Shown: positions 53,270 to 63,860, counted from the stretch's first letter. The stretch: DNA of 64,000 bases from an uncultured Acidobacteriaceae bacterium (GCA_963782105.1 CAWAII010000013.1:139042-203041); one strand, 5' to 3'. Numbers and translations: made by a program. Notes: generated by a model from the letters alone, not told the origin.

Positions 53270-54643
53270 CTAGGGATAAATTCGATTGAGAGTTCGCGCA
53301 AAAGGAATCGTCTCTCGCACGTGTTCCAGACCTGCACACCCAGGCCACTACGCGCTCGATGCCCATGCCGAAGCCCGCGTGAGGAACCGATCCGTAGCGG
53401 CGCAAATCCAGATACCACTGAAAAGCATCGAGCGGCAGCTGGTGCTCCTCGATCCGCTTTTTCAGCAACTCGTAGGAAGCGAGACGCTGCGAGCCGCCGA
53501 TTATTTCCCCATAACCCTCCGGCGCCAATACGTCGACGCACAGGGCGAGCTTGGCGTTCTCCGGGTCAGGCTCCATGTAGAACGCCTTCACCGCGGCCGG
53601 GTAGCGGTGCACCATGACCGGGCGGTCGAACTGGGAGGAGAGATAGGTCTCGTCGGGCGAACCGAAGTCGTTTCCGTAAGTGAACTTCTGCTCGATCAGG
53701 CCGCGGGAAAAGGCATCGTCAAGCATTTGACCGCTTCGTCGTAGCTGATCCGCGGAAAGGGCGGCTGCACGGCCTCGAGCTTGGCCGTATCGCGCCCGAT
53801 CACCTTCAGGTCCAGCGCCCGTCGGCTCAGCACGCGCTGCACCAGAAAGCTCAGAAACTGCTCCGCCAGCGCCATCAGATCATCCAGCGTGGCATAGGCC
53901 ATCTCCGGCTCCACCATCCAGAACTCCGTCAGGTGGCGCCGCGTCTTCGACTTCTCGGCGCGAAAGGTGGGTCCGAACGAATACACCTTGCCCAACGCCA
54001 TCGCCGTGCTTTCGATATAGAGCTGGCCGCTCTGGGTGAGATACGCCTCGTCCCCGAAGTACTCGACAGGAAACAGCGTGCTGGTTCCTTCGCAAGCGGC
54101 AGGAGTGAGAATCGGCGGGTCGGTCAGGACAAAGCCGTTATCGTCGAGAAAATCCCGCGCCGCCTTGATGATTTCGGCGCGGATGCGCAGAATCGCTGAC
54201 TGCCGCGGCGTGCGAATCCACAGGTGCCGATGCTCCATCAGGAAATCGACACCGTGCTCCTTGAGCGTGATGGGGAAGGGTTCCTCCTCGCTCACTCGTT
54301 GCAGCACTTCAACATTATCGACATCCAGTTCGTAGCCGCCGGGCGCGCGCTTATCTGCTCTCACCCTGCCGGTCACGATGACGCTCGATTCCTGCGTCAG
54401 GCCGCGCACCCGCTCAAAAACCTCCGGCGTCACTGCGGCCTTGGGCACAATCCCCTGCACCGTGCCGGTTCCGTCGCGGAAGATGGGAAAGAGCAGCTTC
54501 CCGCTTGCGCGCAGGTTGTAGAGCCATCCCCTGAGCGTTACCTGTTGTCCTTCGTGCCGGTCCAGGGTCGCGATCGTGGCCAGTGGTGCGGCGCCAGGGG
54601 CATCGGCCACGGGCAAGCGTTCGTCTTTGTTCTCTTCTGCCAT
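53270..54643 (-). pseudogene. asnS: asparagine--tRNA ligase, 2 frameshifts (about 53700 and about 53320)
   Basis: OB-fold N-terminus and class II motifs ([21 protein letters not shown]) in 53696..54643. [34 protein letters not shown] is in the 52269..53726 frame. The natural tail [20 protein letters not shown] is in a third frame. Confidence 0.9.
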
Positions 54644-54657
54644 TTCCCGATCCGAAA

Positions 54658-55482
54658 TTAAAGCTCGAGTTTCTTGAAGGTTTCAGCGGCGCGGGTGGCG
54701 ACGTGCTCTGGTGCATCCTCGGGCAGGTAGTTGATCTCCAGCACGGCGGCAGACAACTGCGGCGCTGTGCGCAACTCCTGCATTGTCTCCGTCCAGGCAA
54801 TCGTCCCGTCACCCGGCCAAAGATGCTCGTCTTTCTGCCCATGGTTGTCATGGATATGCGTGGAACGGATGAGCGGTTTCAACTCGGCAATGGCTGCGGC
54901 AATGCCACTGCCAAGATGCGCATGCCCCAAGTCCAGACATACACCCACATCTTTGAAGTGGCCGATCCTGACGATCTCCACCAGGTTGGGCGACTCGGTG
55001 ACTTCGTTCTGGATGTTTTCCAGCAGAATCTTCATGCCCAATGGCCGGGAAAAGGCCTGCAGATGCTCGATGGCCGTCATGGCATGCTCCAGCGTCCGCG
55101 GGCTCCAGCGGTCTTCGCGCTCCCCCAAGTGCAGGATCACGTAGCGCAAGGGAATCTCTTCAGCGGCTTCGAGTGCTCGTTTCACCTCGTCCATGGCGTC
55201 GATCCGGCGTGCCTTTTCCGGGTGGACCACGTTTACCGCCGGAGCGCCGCCTCGCCCCATCTCGGTATCCCCAAAGAGCGGCATGTGCAGCGAAAAGGGT
55301 TCCACGGGGTTGGCCGCGAACCAGAGCGCGATCTCCTTCACATGACGCTTGCTGGTGTAGTCGAAATGTTGGCGCGCGGCGAAAATCTCGATTCCCTGCG
55401 CGCCTCCCTTGGCTAAAGTCTCCAGCAACCCCGGATGCAGCCGCTGGCGCAGAAAAACATGGGTCGAAATGGTTCTCAGCAT
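54658..55482 (-). CDS. sugar phosphate isomerase/epimerase (xylose isomerase-like TIM barrel)
   Basis: YVILHLG, ILLENI and [17 protein letters not shown] follow the pattern of the AP endonuclease 2/xylose isomerase-like fold. The likely start is MLRTISTH. Confidence 0.75.
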   Translation of the reverse strand: MLRTISTHVFLRQRLHPGLLETLAKGGAQGIEIFAARQHFDYTSKRHVKEIALWFAANPVEPFSLHMPLFGDTEMGRGGAPAVNVVHPEKARRIDAMDEVKRALEAAEEIPLRYVILHLGEREDRWSPRTLEHAMTAIEHLQAFSRPLGMKILLENIQNEVTESPNLVEIVRIGHFKDVGVCLDLGHAHLGSGIAAAIAELKPLIRSTHIHDNHGQKDEHLWPGDGTIAWTETMQELRTAPQLSAAVLEINYLPEDAPEHVATRAAETFKKLEL

Positions 55483-55707
55483 CGCGCCGTTTCCACGGAA
55501 CTCATCGGCTCCGTCGTTCTCTTTTAGTTCCGGTGCCGGTCTGTCACGCACTCGCTCTACTATCTTCTCACCGTGCACAGTAGCGCGTGAACTCTCCCGA
55601 GCCCCGTTGATCGAATTACGCATCAGGAGAAATACTCTATACGGCCGCCACCAGGCAAGCGACGGAGTTTTTGGTTTGGAGAAATGTCGCTGGGCGGGAG
55701 GGTCAGA

Positions 55708-56284
55708 CTACCTGGACTGATGGTTGCCGAGAATGGATGGCGGGCTCATTTCGTCCTTCAGCGAATAGTACGGAACCGGGCGCCACTGCAGCAGGCAGTC
55801 GAGCACGGCCTCGGAGTCATAAGCGATGTCGGCGACCACGAGCTGCTTCCCCCCGACGCCTTGGATCACGACCCCGCGGTCGTAGCGAATGCGGTATTCC
55901 CGCACATGCTTGAGCTCTTGCCAGCGGATGCGGCTGGAGGCGCAGCCGCCTTCGAGCAGACCTTGCCGATCGAGGATCAGCGGCTGCGGCCAGTCGGCCA
56001 GCACCACCGGAACCAGGAAGAAGCCGATGCCGAAGCTGGCCCAGCCTATCCAGCTGGAGCGTGCCGGAGGCAAGCAGTTGCCCTGCGCCGAAAGCGGCCG
56101 CACTGATTCCGCCGGCGAGGGCGAGATAGCAAAGGAGCAGATAGGTTGGTTTTACCCGGAACCGCCAACCATCGACAGTTGGTTTCGGCTTAACACCGAA
56201 GGTAGGGGCGATCAGGACCAGCAGGCCAATCGCACCCGCCACAATCATGCCGATCGCTATCATTTTGTCGGCCAAGGGCTGCAT
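55708..56284 (-). pseudogene. hypothetical membrane protein, 1 frameshift
   Basis: Two N-terminal TM helices lie in frame 55817..56347 (start MQPLADKM). A third TM helix and a soluble C-domain lie in frame 55708..56103. Confidence 0.4.
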
Positions 56285-56431
56285 CGAGGGAAGTGTCCTC
56301 TTCTGAACCGAGGTTGGCAATGGACAAATGGTGTGAGCGGCGCACACAAAGTACCCTGTCTGCTCGCGCCGGCGCAGGAGAAGGTGGGCAGCCAGATCCA
56401 GCGTGCAGCCTGCGGACTAAAATCGGATGGC

Positions 56432-57446
56432 ATGCCCACCAGCGTTCGATCGCATACCAAGATCAATTTGGGCCTGGCCATCGGCCCGCTGCGCCCGGAT
56501 GGCTTCCACCAGCTCACTACCGTTTATCAGACGCTCGCGCTTCATGACATGGTAACGGTGGAGGCGCGGATAGCCGCGGCGACCCGGATCACGCTCAGCA
56601 GCAGCCATCCGCGCGTGCCGACCGATGCCGGCAATACCGCGTGGCGGATGGTGGAGCGGTGCCTGGACATGCTCGAATCTCCGGGCCGAGGTTCACATCC
56701 ATATCGATAAGCAACTGCCGATGCAAGGCGGGCTGGGCGCCGGTTCGGCCAATGCCGTCGCTGCGCTCATTGGACTGGAGCACGAACTCGGGCGCCGGCT
56801 TCCCGCCGCCAGAGCGCCTGCGGGCTGGCTGCGGAGATCGGCTCCGATGTACCACTGTTCCTGCTGGGTGGCGCGGTGGCCGGGGTCGGGCGCGGGGAGG
56901 AGGTCTATCCCCTTCCGGATAGCCCATCCCTACCTTGCGTTATCGCGCTACCCGAAAGCCGGCGTTTCCACCCCGCAGGCCTTTCGCGACTGGGACAACC
57001 TGCACTCGCCGGCCGCATCCGCGTTGACCACGATCGCTCCCTCGGCTACAATCAAGGAGTTGAGTCGGTCGATCGCTGCTGCATTTGGCGAACCGCACTC
57101 CTCCGGTGTCTTCTCCCAGGGGAAGACCGGGCCGAGGATCCGCTTCTCGCGCTTGTCCGAACCGGGATCGAAAACGACTTTGAACAGGTCGTCTTTCCTC
57201 AGTATCCCTTTCTCGGTGAAATCAAGCGCATTCTTGCGGGCGGCTCCGAGCACGGAGGACGCGGCTGTCTATGCAGGCCTTTCCGGTTCCGGGTCCGCCC
57301 TTTTTGGGCTTTACCGTACCCCGCGAGCGGCAGAAGCGGCTCTCGAGCGGCTGGAGCAGCATGGTGTGACAGGCTTGCTTACCAGGACGTTGCCTCGGAG
57401 CGAGTACTGGCGCACTATGATGATGGCAGACGGGCTTAGCGCTTAA
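56432..57446 (+). pseudogene. ispE: 4-diphosphocytidyl-2-C-methyl-D-erythritol kinase IspE, at least 3 frameshifts
   Basis: SHTKINLGLAIGPLRPDGFHQLTTVYQTLALHD in one frame. The GHMP motif KQLPMQGGLGAGSANAVAAL and AGLSGSGSALFGLY are in the 56625..57446 frame, which has out-of-frame stretches in between. Confidence 0.8.
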
Positions 57447-57502
57447 TCCAGGCGCTGCCAGTCTGTTCTCGGCGGCATTGCCATTGTGAAGGCCGCACCA
57501 GT

Positions 57503-57576
57503 TGGGCGATCGACTAATGGTAGGTCAAGTGCCTTTGGAGCACTTTGTCTAGGTTCGAATCCTAGTCGCCCAGCCA
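57503..57576 (+). tRNA. tRNA-Gln (anticodon UUG), CCA encoded
   Basis: Hand-folded cloverleaf:
- acceptor TGGGCGA / TCGCCCA
- D arm GACT-AATGGTA-GGTC
- anticodon arm AGTGC-CTTTGGA-GCACT
- T arm CTAGG-TTCGAAT-CCTAG
- discriminator G, then CCA. Confidence 0.9.
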
Positions 57577-57819
57577 GCTTTCCGGCGCAGTCGGGACGTA
57601 GATTCCGCGACCGGTTACTGTCACGGCAAAGCATTCCGTGGCTCGACAATCAGGCGGAACAACCAAAGCAAACCAGCTTGGGAGGTTCGTGTGAAGGGGG
57701 AACTACCGTGATGACGGCTCCCGCCTCGCAACAAGAGGCGGCGAGCGTAGACCCAGGAGCTAGCGGCAGCCAGTCCGGCAAAGTCAAGACCGGCGGCCGA
57801 ACGCAAGCGCCCTGGGCGG

Positions 57820-58777
57820 TTGAGCGAAGACAAGCGCTTCAAGATCTTTGCCGGTTCGGCCAACCGCAAACTGGCCGAGGATATTTGTACCCATGTCGGT
57901 GTGCAGCTGGGCGAGAGCAGGCTGCAGCGCTTCGCCGATGGAGAGATTTATTTTCAGCTGCTCGAGAACGTCCGCGGCGTGGATGTCTTTGTCGTGCAGC
58001 CGACTTGTTATCCCGGTGGATCAGCACCTGGTGGAGCTGCTGATCATGATCGACGCGCTGAAGCGCGCATCGGCCGGGCGGATTACCGTGGTGGTGCCGT
58101 ATTACGGCTATGCCCGGCAGGACCGCAAGGACCGGCCGCGCGTGGCCATTTCGTCCAAGCTGGTGGCGGATCTGTTGACCACGGCCGGGGCCAACCGGGC
58201 GCTGTTCATGGATCTGCATGCGGCGCAGATTCAGGGGTTCTTCAATATCCCGGTGGATCACATGTTCGCCAGTCCGGTGATGGTGAGCTACTTCCGGGAG
58301 CTGAACCTGCCCGATCTGACGGTGGTTTCGCCGGATGCGGGCGGCGTGGAGCGGGCGCGGTTTTTCGCGACCAAGATGCAGGCTCCGCTGGCCATTGTCG
58401 ACAAGCGGCGCACGGACCTGAACGTGACCGAGGTGATGAACGTGATCGGCGATGTGCAGGGCAGAACGTGCCTGATCATCGACGACATCATCGACACCGC
58501 GGGCACGCTGGTGAAGACGGCGCAGGCGCTGCTCGATGAAGGCGCGGTCAAGGTGTATGCGGCGGCTTCGCATGCGGTGCTCTCCGGACCGGCGATCGAG
58601 CGCATCGCCAACTCGCGGCTGGAGGAGCTGGTCGTGACCGACTCGATCCCGCTGCGCGAAGAGGCGCAGAAGCTGGAGCGGCAGGGAAAGATCAAAGTGC
58701 TCTCGATCGCCGGCCTGTTGGGAGCGACGATCGAGAGCATTCACATGGAGACCAGCGTCAGCTCGCTGTTCAACTAG
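57820..58777 (+). pseudogene. prs: ribose-phosphate pyrophosphokinase, frameshift (about 58010)
   Basis: [32 protein letters not shown] is in the frame starting at TTG 57820. [49 protein letters not shown] is in the 57848..58777 frame. Confidence 0.9.
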
Positions 58778-58844
58778 TTTGAGTGGAACATAGGCAAGAG
58801 GATGGTGCGAGCGATGGCAACACCGGAAATGCAGGAGATAGAGT

Positions 58845-59545
58845 ATGGCTGAGCAGGAAGTTGTCGCGGCAAAGCCCCGCGAGGGCAAGTTCAACAAGAA
58901 TGCCGCCCGCCGGGTGCGCGTCGCCGGGCATGATTCCGGGCGTCGTCTATGGCGCCAAGGAAGCCGCGATGGCGGTCGAGCTCGATCCCAAGCAGATTAC
59001 CCGGATCCTGCACTCGGAGTCCGGCCACAACACGATTTTCGACCTGGAGATCGGTGGCGCAGCTCCGGCGCGCAGGACCAAGGCCATGATCGTGGATTGG
59101 CAGTACGAGCCCATCAAGGGCAAGCTGATGCACATCGACCTCAAGCGCATCGCCATGGACAAGGCGATGCGGGTCAAGGTGCCGGTCATTGCTCGATGGA
59201 ATTCCGGTCGGCGTCAAGACGCAGGGCGGCATTCTCGATCAGGTATTGCGCGAGGTGGAGATCGAGTGCCTGCCGGGCGATATCCCGAGCCACATTGACA
59301 TTGATGTCACCAGTCTGGGATTGGGCAGATTCCATCCGCGTGGCCGATCTGCCGCAGGGCGGCAAGCTCAAGTTCCTCACCGATGAGAACGCGACGGTGG
59401 CCCACGTTGTCGCGATCAAGGAAGAGGTTGCTCCGGTGGTGGATGCGGTTGCCGCCGCGGCTCCGGCGGAGCCCGAAGTCGCCAAGAAGGGCAAGCAGCG
59501 AGACCGCCGGAGCTGCCGGCTGCCGATAAGGGCGCGAAGAAGTAA
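58845..59545 (+). pseudogene. rplY: 50S ribosomal protein L25/general stress protein Ctc, at least 4 frameshifts
   Basis: These segments lie in alternating frames: KNAARRVR, GMIPGVVYGAKEAAMAVELDPKQITRILHSESGHNTIF, LDGIPVGVKTQGGILDQVLREVEIECLPGDIPSHIDIDV and IRVADLPQGGKLKFL. Confidence 0.8.
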
Positions 59546-59550
59546 GCGCT

Positions 59551-60207
59551 TTGGACCGAGGCTCTGAGCTTGGCTGCCGGGAAAGTGCGACGGGAACGAG
59601 AGCGGGGCTGGCTCTGGTGGTCGGCCTGGGGAACCCGGGCATCGAGTACCAGTTCACGCCGCACAATGCGGGCTTTCTGGCCATCGACCGCCTGGCGGAA
59701 CAGAGCGGGGTGGCGGTGGCAAACCGCCGCTGCCGCGCGCTGACGGCCACCGCCCGGATCGCCGGGAGAGAAGTGGTTCTGGCCAAGCCGGAGACGTACA
59801 TGAACCTGAGTGGCATCTCGGTTCAGGCGCTGGTCAAAGAGTTTGACGCGGACGCCGTCGCGCGATCTGATCGTGATCTATGACGAGATCGATCTTGCGC
59901 TGGGCACGCTGCGTATTCGGGAACGGGGCAGTTCGGGCGGCCACAACGGAGTCAAGTCGATCTCCGGCGCGTTGGGCAGCGAAGAGTGGCTGCGCATTCG
60001 TATCGGGGTCGCTCCCCCGGGGATGAGGCGGCCGAGAGCGCACGGCGCGGGCGGAAGGATTATTTGCTCACGCCCATGCGCAAGGCGCAGCTGGCGATCC
60101 TGGATGAGGTTCTGGATCGCACGGCGCGTGCAGTGGAAATGGTACTGGCCAAGGGCGCAGGCCCCGCGATGAATGAGTTCAACCGCCGCGAACCAGGCGG
60201 CGAATAG
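59551..60207 (+). pseudogene. pth: peptidyl-tRNA hydrolase, at least 2 frameshifts
   Basis: [32 protein letters not shown], then [32 protein letters not shown], then [21 protein letters not shown], in three frames. The start codon is uncertain. Confidence 0.8.
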
Positions 60208-60232
60208 AGAAGAATTGGAGAAAGAAACAGCT

Positions 60233-60661
60233 ATGCAACGCACTTACGAAGTCATGTTCATCGTCCGTCCTGACATTCTGGACGAAGATCTCGACAAGCT
60301 GATCGCCGGCCTCGAGGCCAACATCACCCAGGGTGGCGGCAGCATCAAGTCGATGGAAAAGCTCGGCCGCCGCAAGCTCGCCTACACGGTCAAGAAGTTC
60401 AACGACGGCAACTACGTGCTGCTGACGATCGACGCCGACGGCTCGCTGGTCGGTGAGATCGAGCGCCGTCTGCGCGTCTCCGAGCCGGTGATCAAGTTCA
60501 TCTCCGTCCGCATGGACGAAGAAGAGAAGCGACTGGCCAAGATCAAAGCCATCCGCGCCACCCGCAAGAAGCTCAGCGCCCAGCCGGCGGCGGCGCCTCC
60601 GGCTCCCGTCGAGCCCGCTGCGGCACCGGCCGTGCCGGCGGCAGAAGCGGCCAGCGCCTAA
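60233..60661 (+). CDS. rpsF: 30S ribosomal protein S6 (Ala/Pro-rich C-terminal tail)
   Basis: MQRTYEVMFIVRPD..GRRKLAYTVKKFNDGNYVLL. The start ATG at 60233 lies inside ORF 60173..60661. Confidence 0.9.
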   Translation: MQRTYEVMFIVRPDILDEDLDKLIAGLEANITQGGGSIKSMEKLGRRKLAYTVKKFNDGNYVLLTIDADGSLVGEIERRLRVSEPVIKFISVRMDEEEKRLAKIKAIRATRKKLSAQPAAAPPAPVEPAAAPAVPAAEAASA

Positions 60662-60758
60662 ACAGTTTTTGAGCAGTTGTCTTCAACCAAGCGATTGCGG
60701 TCCTGCCGGATGCAGCGGCCGTGCCGGGTCCATGGGACCCGAGAAGGAAAAGAAAATT

Positions 60759-61104
60759 ATGGCTGACGAAACCAGCACGCCCAGCGCACCAACACGTCCC
60801 GGCCCGAGGGTTCCGGGCCCTCCTCTTCAGGCCCCGGCGGACGCCCTCCGGCGGACGCCCCAGCGGTCCTGGCGGCGGCGGCCGCAAGTTCTTCCGCCGC
60901 AAGAAGGTCTGCAAGTTCTGTGTCGAGAAGATCGATGCCATTCACTATCGCGATGTGCGTCTGCTGCAGCAGTTTGTCGCCGAGCGCGGCAAGATTGTGC
61001 CCCGCCGCCTGACCGGCGTCTGCACCACGCATCAGCGTGGGCTGGCGCGTGCCATCAAGCAGGCCCGCAACATCGCTTTGCTGCCCTTCGCCGCCCGCTA
61101 TTAA
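60759..61104 (+). pseudogene. rpsR: 30S ribosomal protein S18, frameshift in the G/P/R-rich N-terminal extension
   Basis: ATG 60759 ([11 protein letters not shown]) is out of frame with the conserved body [62 protein letters not shown]. Confidence 0.85.
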
Positions 61105-61105
61105 A

Positions 61106-61207
61106 GCATTCGCATTCTGTGGCTATCAAGGTCGCGAGGTGCGTCTTCCGCGGAAGAAATGCCACGCAAGGCGAGTGGCTCTCGGTATACACCAGAGCGA
61201 AACTCGC
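61106..61207 (+). repeat. intergenic repeat family, copy C (complete, shorter arms)
   Basis: It starts 2 nt after the rpsR stop and ends 23 nt before the rplI ATG. Core blocks are TCGCGAGGTGCG, CCACGCAA and GGCTCTCGGTATACACC. Internal hairpin TCTTC-CGCG-GAAGA. Terminal stem TTCGC(AT)TCTG / CAGAGCGAA. Confidence 0.7.
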
Positions 61208-61229
61208 TACAGCGATCAGGAGATTGGTC

Positions 61230-61684
61230 ATGGAAGTCATTCTGAAGGAAGACGTCAACAACCTCGGCCATCGCGGCGATGTGGTGAAGGTGGCCGACGG
61301 CTACGGCCGGAATTTTCTGCTGCCGAAGAAGCTCGCCATGGAAGCCACGGCCGCCAACAAGGCGGTGATCGAGCAGATGAAGCAGTCCGCTGTCCGCCAT
61401 TCCGCGCGCGAGAAATCCGAGGCCGAGTCGCTGGTCGCCCAGCTCGATCAGGTCGAGCTTGCTTTCGAGCGCAAGGTGGGCGAGAACGATCATCTCTTCG
61501 GTTCGGTCACCTCGGGCGAGATCGCGCAGCAGCTCGAGCAGGAGGGCTTCACCATCGACCGCCGCAAGATCCAGTTGGACGAGCCGCTGCGCCAGCTGGG
61601 CGAATTTCACGTGCCGGTCAAGCTGCATCGCGAAGTGACCGCGCACGTCAAGGTCACGTCAAGGCGGAAGAAGCCGAGGCATAG
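61230..61684 (+). pseudogene. rplI: 50S ribosomal protein L9, frameshift near 3' end (about 61650)
   Basis: MEVILKEDVNNLGHRGDVVKVADGYGRNFLLPKKLA, with AGGAG at 61218-61222. The natural tail VKAEEAEA* is in the neighbouring frame. Confidence 0.85.
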
Positions 61685-61685
61685 A

Positions 61686-61796
61686 GCGGTTTCGCAATTA
61701 CAGTGGTCTCAGAAAAGGCTCGCGGGAGTGCGTTCTTCCGTTGGGGAGAACCACGAAAAGCCACTTGGCTTCGGTCTACACCAATTGCGGAACCGC
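61686..61796 (+). repeat. intergenic repeat family, copy D (complete)
   Basis: It starts 2 nt after the rplI stop. Terminal stem GCGGTTTCGCAATT (61686-61699) / AATTGCGGAACCGC (61783-61796), 14 bp including one G-U. Internal hairpin GTG(C)GTTCT / AGAACCAC. Core blocks are TCGCGGGAGTGCG, CCACGAAA and GGCTTCGGTCTACACC. Confidence 0.75.
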
Positions 61797-61806
61797 TATA
61801 GCGGCG

Positions 61807-62559
61807 TCAGCGTCCGTAGCTTAGCCGCATGGCCAACTGGTCGGGAAGCCCGGCACGCATGATGCGCATCTGCGCCAGGCGGAAGTCATAGGGCACGCGG
61901 TGGAATTCGACGATCATCCGCTGATCGTCATAAAGCGCAAAGGCGGCGCGGCGATCATGGTCCCGGGGCTGGCCCACCGAACCGGGATTGATCAGGTAGC
62001 GCGCGCCCGGGACCAGGACCAGTTCCGACACATCCCGCTCATCGTCATTCGAGTAGACCGGGTCCAGCTTGAACCAGTCTTCGCCATTGGTCGCAAAACC
62101 GCCCTGCAGATGCGTATGACCAAAGAAGTTGATCCGCGTTTCCGCCTGCTTCAGCGGTAGTTGCGCATCGCGCACGGAGAGCAGGTATTCATCTTCGTCG
62201 ACATACGATCCGTGCATGCAACTCACCTGGGGACCATCCGGCGTAATCGGTCCGCGCGCCATATGCTGCAGCCAGTCCACGTGCTCCGGAGTGAGCACCT
62301 GCCGGGTCCAGCGCGCGGCGCGGCTGGCCACCGGGTTGAAGTCCTCAAGTGAAAGCTGCCCGCTGCAAGCGCGGTCGTGATTTCCCCGGACAAAGATCTC
62401 GCCCAGGCCGCGCACGCATTCGATGACTTCGTTCGGCGCCGCCCCATAGCCCACCACGTCGCCCAGATTCCAGACCAGGTCGTGCTCCGGCGCGGCATCG
62501 AGCACGGCGTCGAGCGCATCGATGTTGGCGTGGATATCGGAAATGAGTAGAGCGCGCAT
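61807..62559 (-). CDS. metallophosphoesterase family protein
   Basis: MRALLISDIHAN, NLGDVVGYG, GNHD and FGHTH are calcineurin-like phosphoesterase motifs. Intact. Confidence 0.75.
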   Translation of the reverse strand: MRALLISDIHANIDALDAVLDAAPEHDLVWNLGDVVGYGAAPNEVIECVRGLGEIFVRGNHDRACSGQLSLEDFNPVASRAARWTRQVLTPEHVDWLQHMARGPITPDGPQVSCMHGSYVDEDEYLLSVRDAQLPLKQAETRINFFGHTHLQGGFATNGEDWFKLDPVYSNDDERDVSELVLVPGARYLINPGSVGQPRDHDRRAAFALYDDQRMIVEFHRVPYDFRLAQMRIMRAGLPDQLAMRLSYGR

Positions 62560-62632
62560 GGTCGCCGTGCCTTGCTGCGGCCGCTCTTTAGGGACCTGGC
62601 GCCCCACGAGACAGCTGCAAACGACCAGAGTA

Positions 62633-63519
62633 TCAGACGGATGGGCTGCAGCGTACCCAGTGGCCGGGGACCTGCTCGACCAAGCTCCCGGCCGCGCCGT
62701 CAGCGGCTGCCGCCAGAGTGGCCAGCGGTTGTTCGCGGTCGGTCGTCAGCGTTGGCACCGCCCCAAGCAGGCTTTTTGTGTAAGCATGTCCCGGATGAAG
62801 AAAAACCTGGTCGCGCGTGCCGGTCTCGAGCAACATGCCCTGGCGCATGACTGCCACCCGGTCTGCAATCTGCGCCACTACCGCCAAGATCATGGGAAAT
62901 GAAGAGCATACCGAGGCCATTGCGCTGTTGCAGCGCTTTGAGCAGAAGCAGAATCTGCGCCTGCACGGTGACGTCCAGGGCGGTCGTGGGCTCATCGGCG
63001 ATCAGCAGCAGCGGCCGGTTCACCAGCGCCATGGCGATCAGCATGCGCTGTCGCTGGCCTCCGGAAAACTGGTGGGGATAGTCGCGCGACCGCTGCTCCG
63101 GCTCGGCAATCGCCACTGCGGCCATGGCTTCCAGAACGGCTTCGCGTACCTGCTTGCGGCCCAGCTCCGGCTGGTGGGTTTCGATGGCTTCGGCAATCTG
63201 CCGCCCCACCGGCATCACCGGGATTGAGCGCCGTCATCGGCTCCTGAAAGATCATGGCGATCTTGCGGCCGCGATAGTGGCGCATCTGCTCCGGCTTCAG
63301 GGCCAACAGGTCCGTGCCCTCGAAACGGATCGCGCCTTCGACGCGCGCCGCGGCATCCAGCAGCCGCAGGATGGACAGTGAGGTCAGCGATTTGCCCGAT
63401 CCTGACTCGCCCACCAGCCCCAGCACCTCACCCTGGCCGACGGAGAAGCTCAGGTCGCGGACCACTGCCTGGTCGCGAAAATAAATAGAGAGATGGTCAA
63501 CTTCGAGCAGCGGGGCCAC
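62633..63519 (-). pseudogene. ABC transporter ATP-binding protein (oligopeptide/dipeptide DppD/OppD type), at least 2 frameshifts
   Basis: Walker A GESGSGKS in 62992..63519. Signature FSGGQRQR and Walker [13 protein letters not shown] in 62700..63218. [14 protein letters not shown] and HPYT-like HAYTKSLL in 62633..62995. Confidence 0.8.
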
Positions 63520-63860
63520 GGGCCAAGATTACAACACGACGGTCTCTTACCAGGCTCACAGAGGAAACCACAGATCTCTGCACTGCGCCCCTGTTCCAAA
63601 CATAATGCAGTCGATCCCGTCCCGCGCGCACGAACCTCGACTCTCCTCAAGCAGCGGTATGACCTTGGTCATCTCGACCGGAGCGGCATCTCGGCGATTC
63701 GCCTACTGCCGCGGCACCAGCCAACGCCGCGGGTGACCGGCGTTTCGCTTAAAGTCGCGATGACCACCGGCGTTGCCAAGACCCAGCGGGCATGGAAACG
63801 GGACATTCCTTGGCCTCGTGCAGAGAGTGGCAACCAATCCTCCGGGTGCCTCGCATCCTT

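Noticed and set aside
52269-53726. A 485-aa ORF that looks like an AsnS C-terminus fused to an arginase
   Set aside because: The asnS natural C-terminus ([20 protein letters not shown]) is recovered by a one-base frame change at about 53320. The arginase has its own ATG at 53246, 23 nt after that stop. The fusion is an artefact of a frameshift that removes the asnS stop.
57839-58897. 352-aa minus-strand ORF
   Set aside because: It is antisense to prs, whose motifs are unambiguous on the plus strand. The composition is Arg/His/Gln-rich nonsense.
63541-63600. A possible fifth copy of the 110-nt repeat upstream of the ABC ATPase gene
   Set aside because: Only short patches resemble the family (CTTACCAGGCTCACAGAG against TTACAGTGGTCTCAGAA, and GGAAACCACAGATCTC against GGAAAACCACGTAAATCTC). 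It has no internal hairpin, no TCGGTCTACACC block and no terminal stem. That is too weak to call without statistics.
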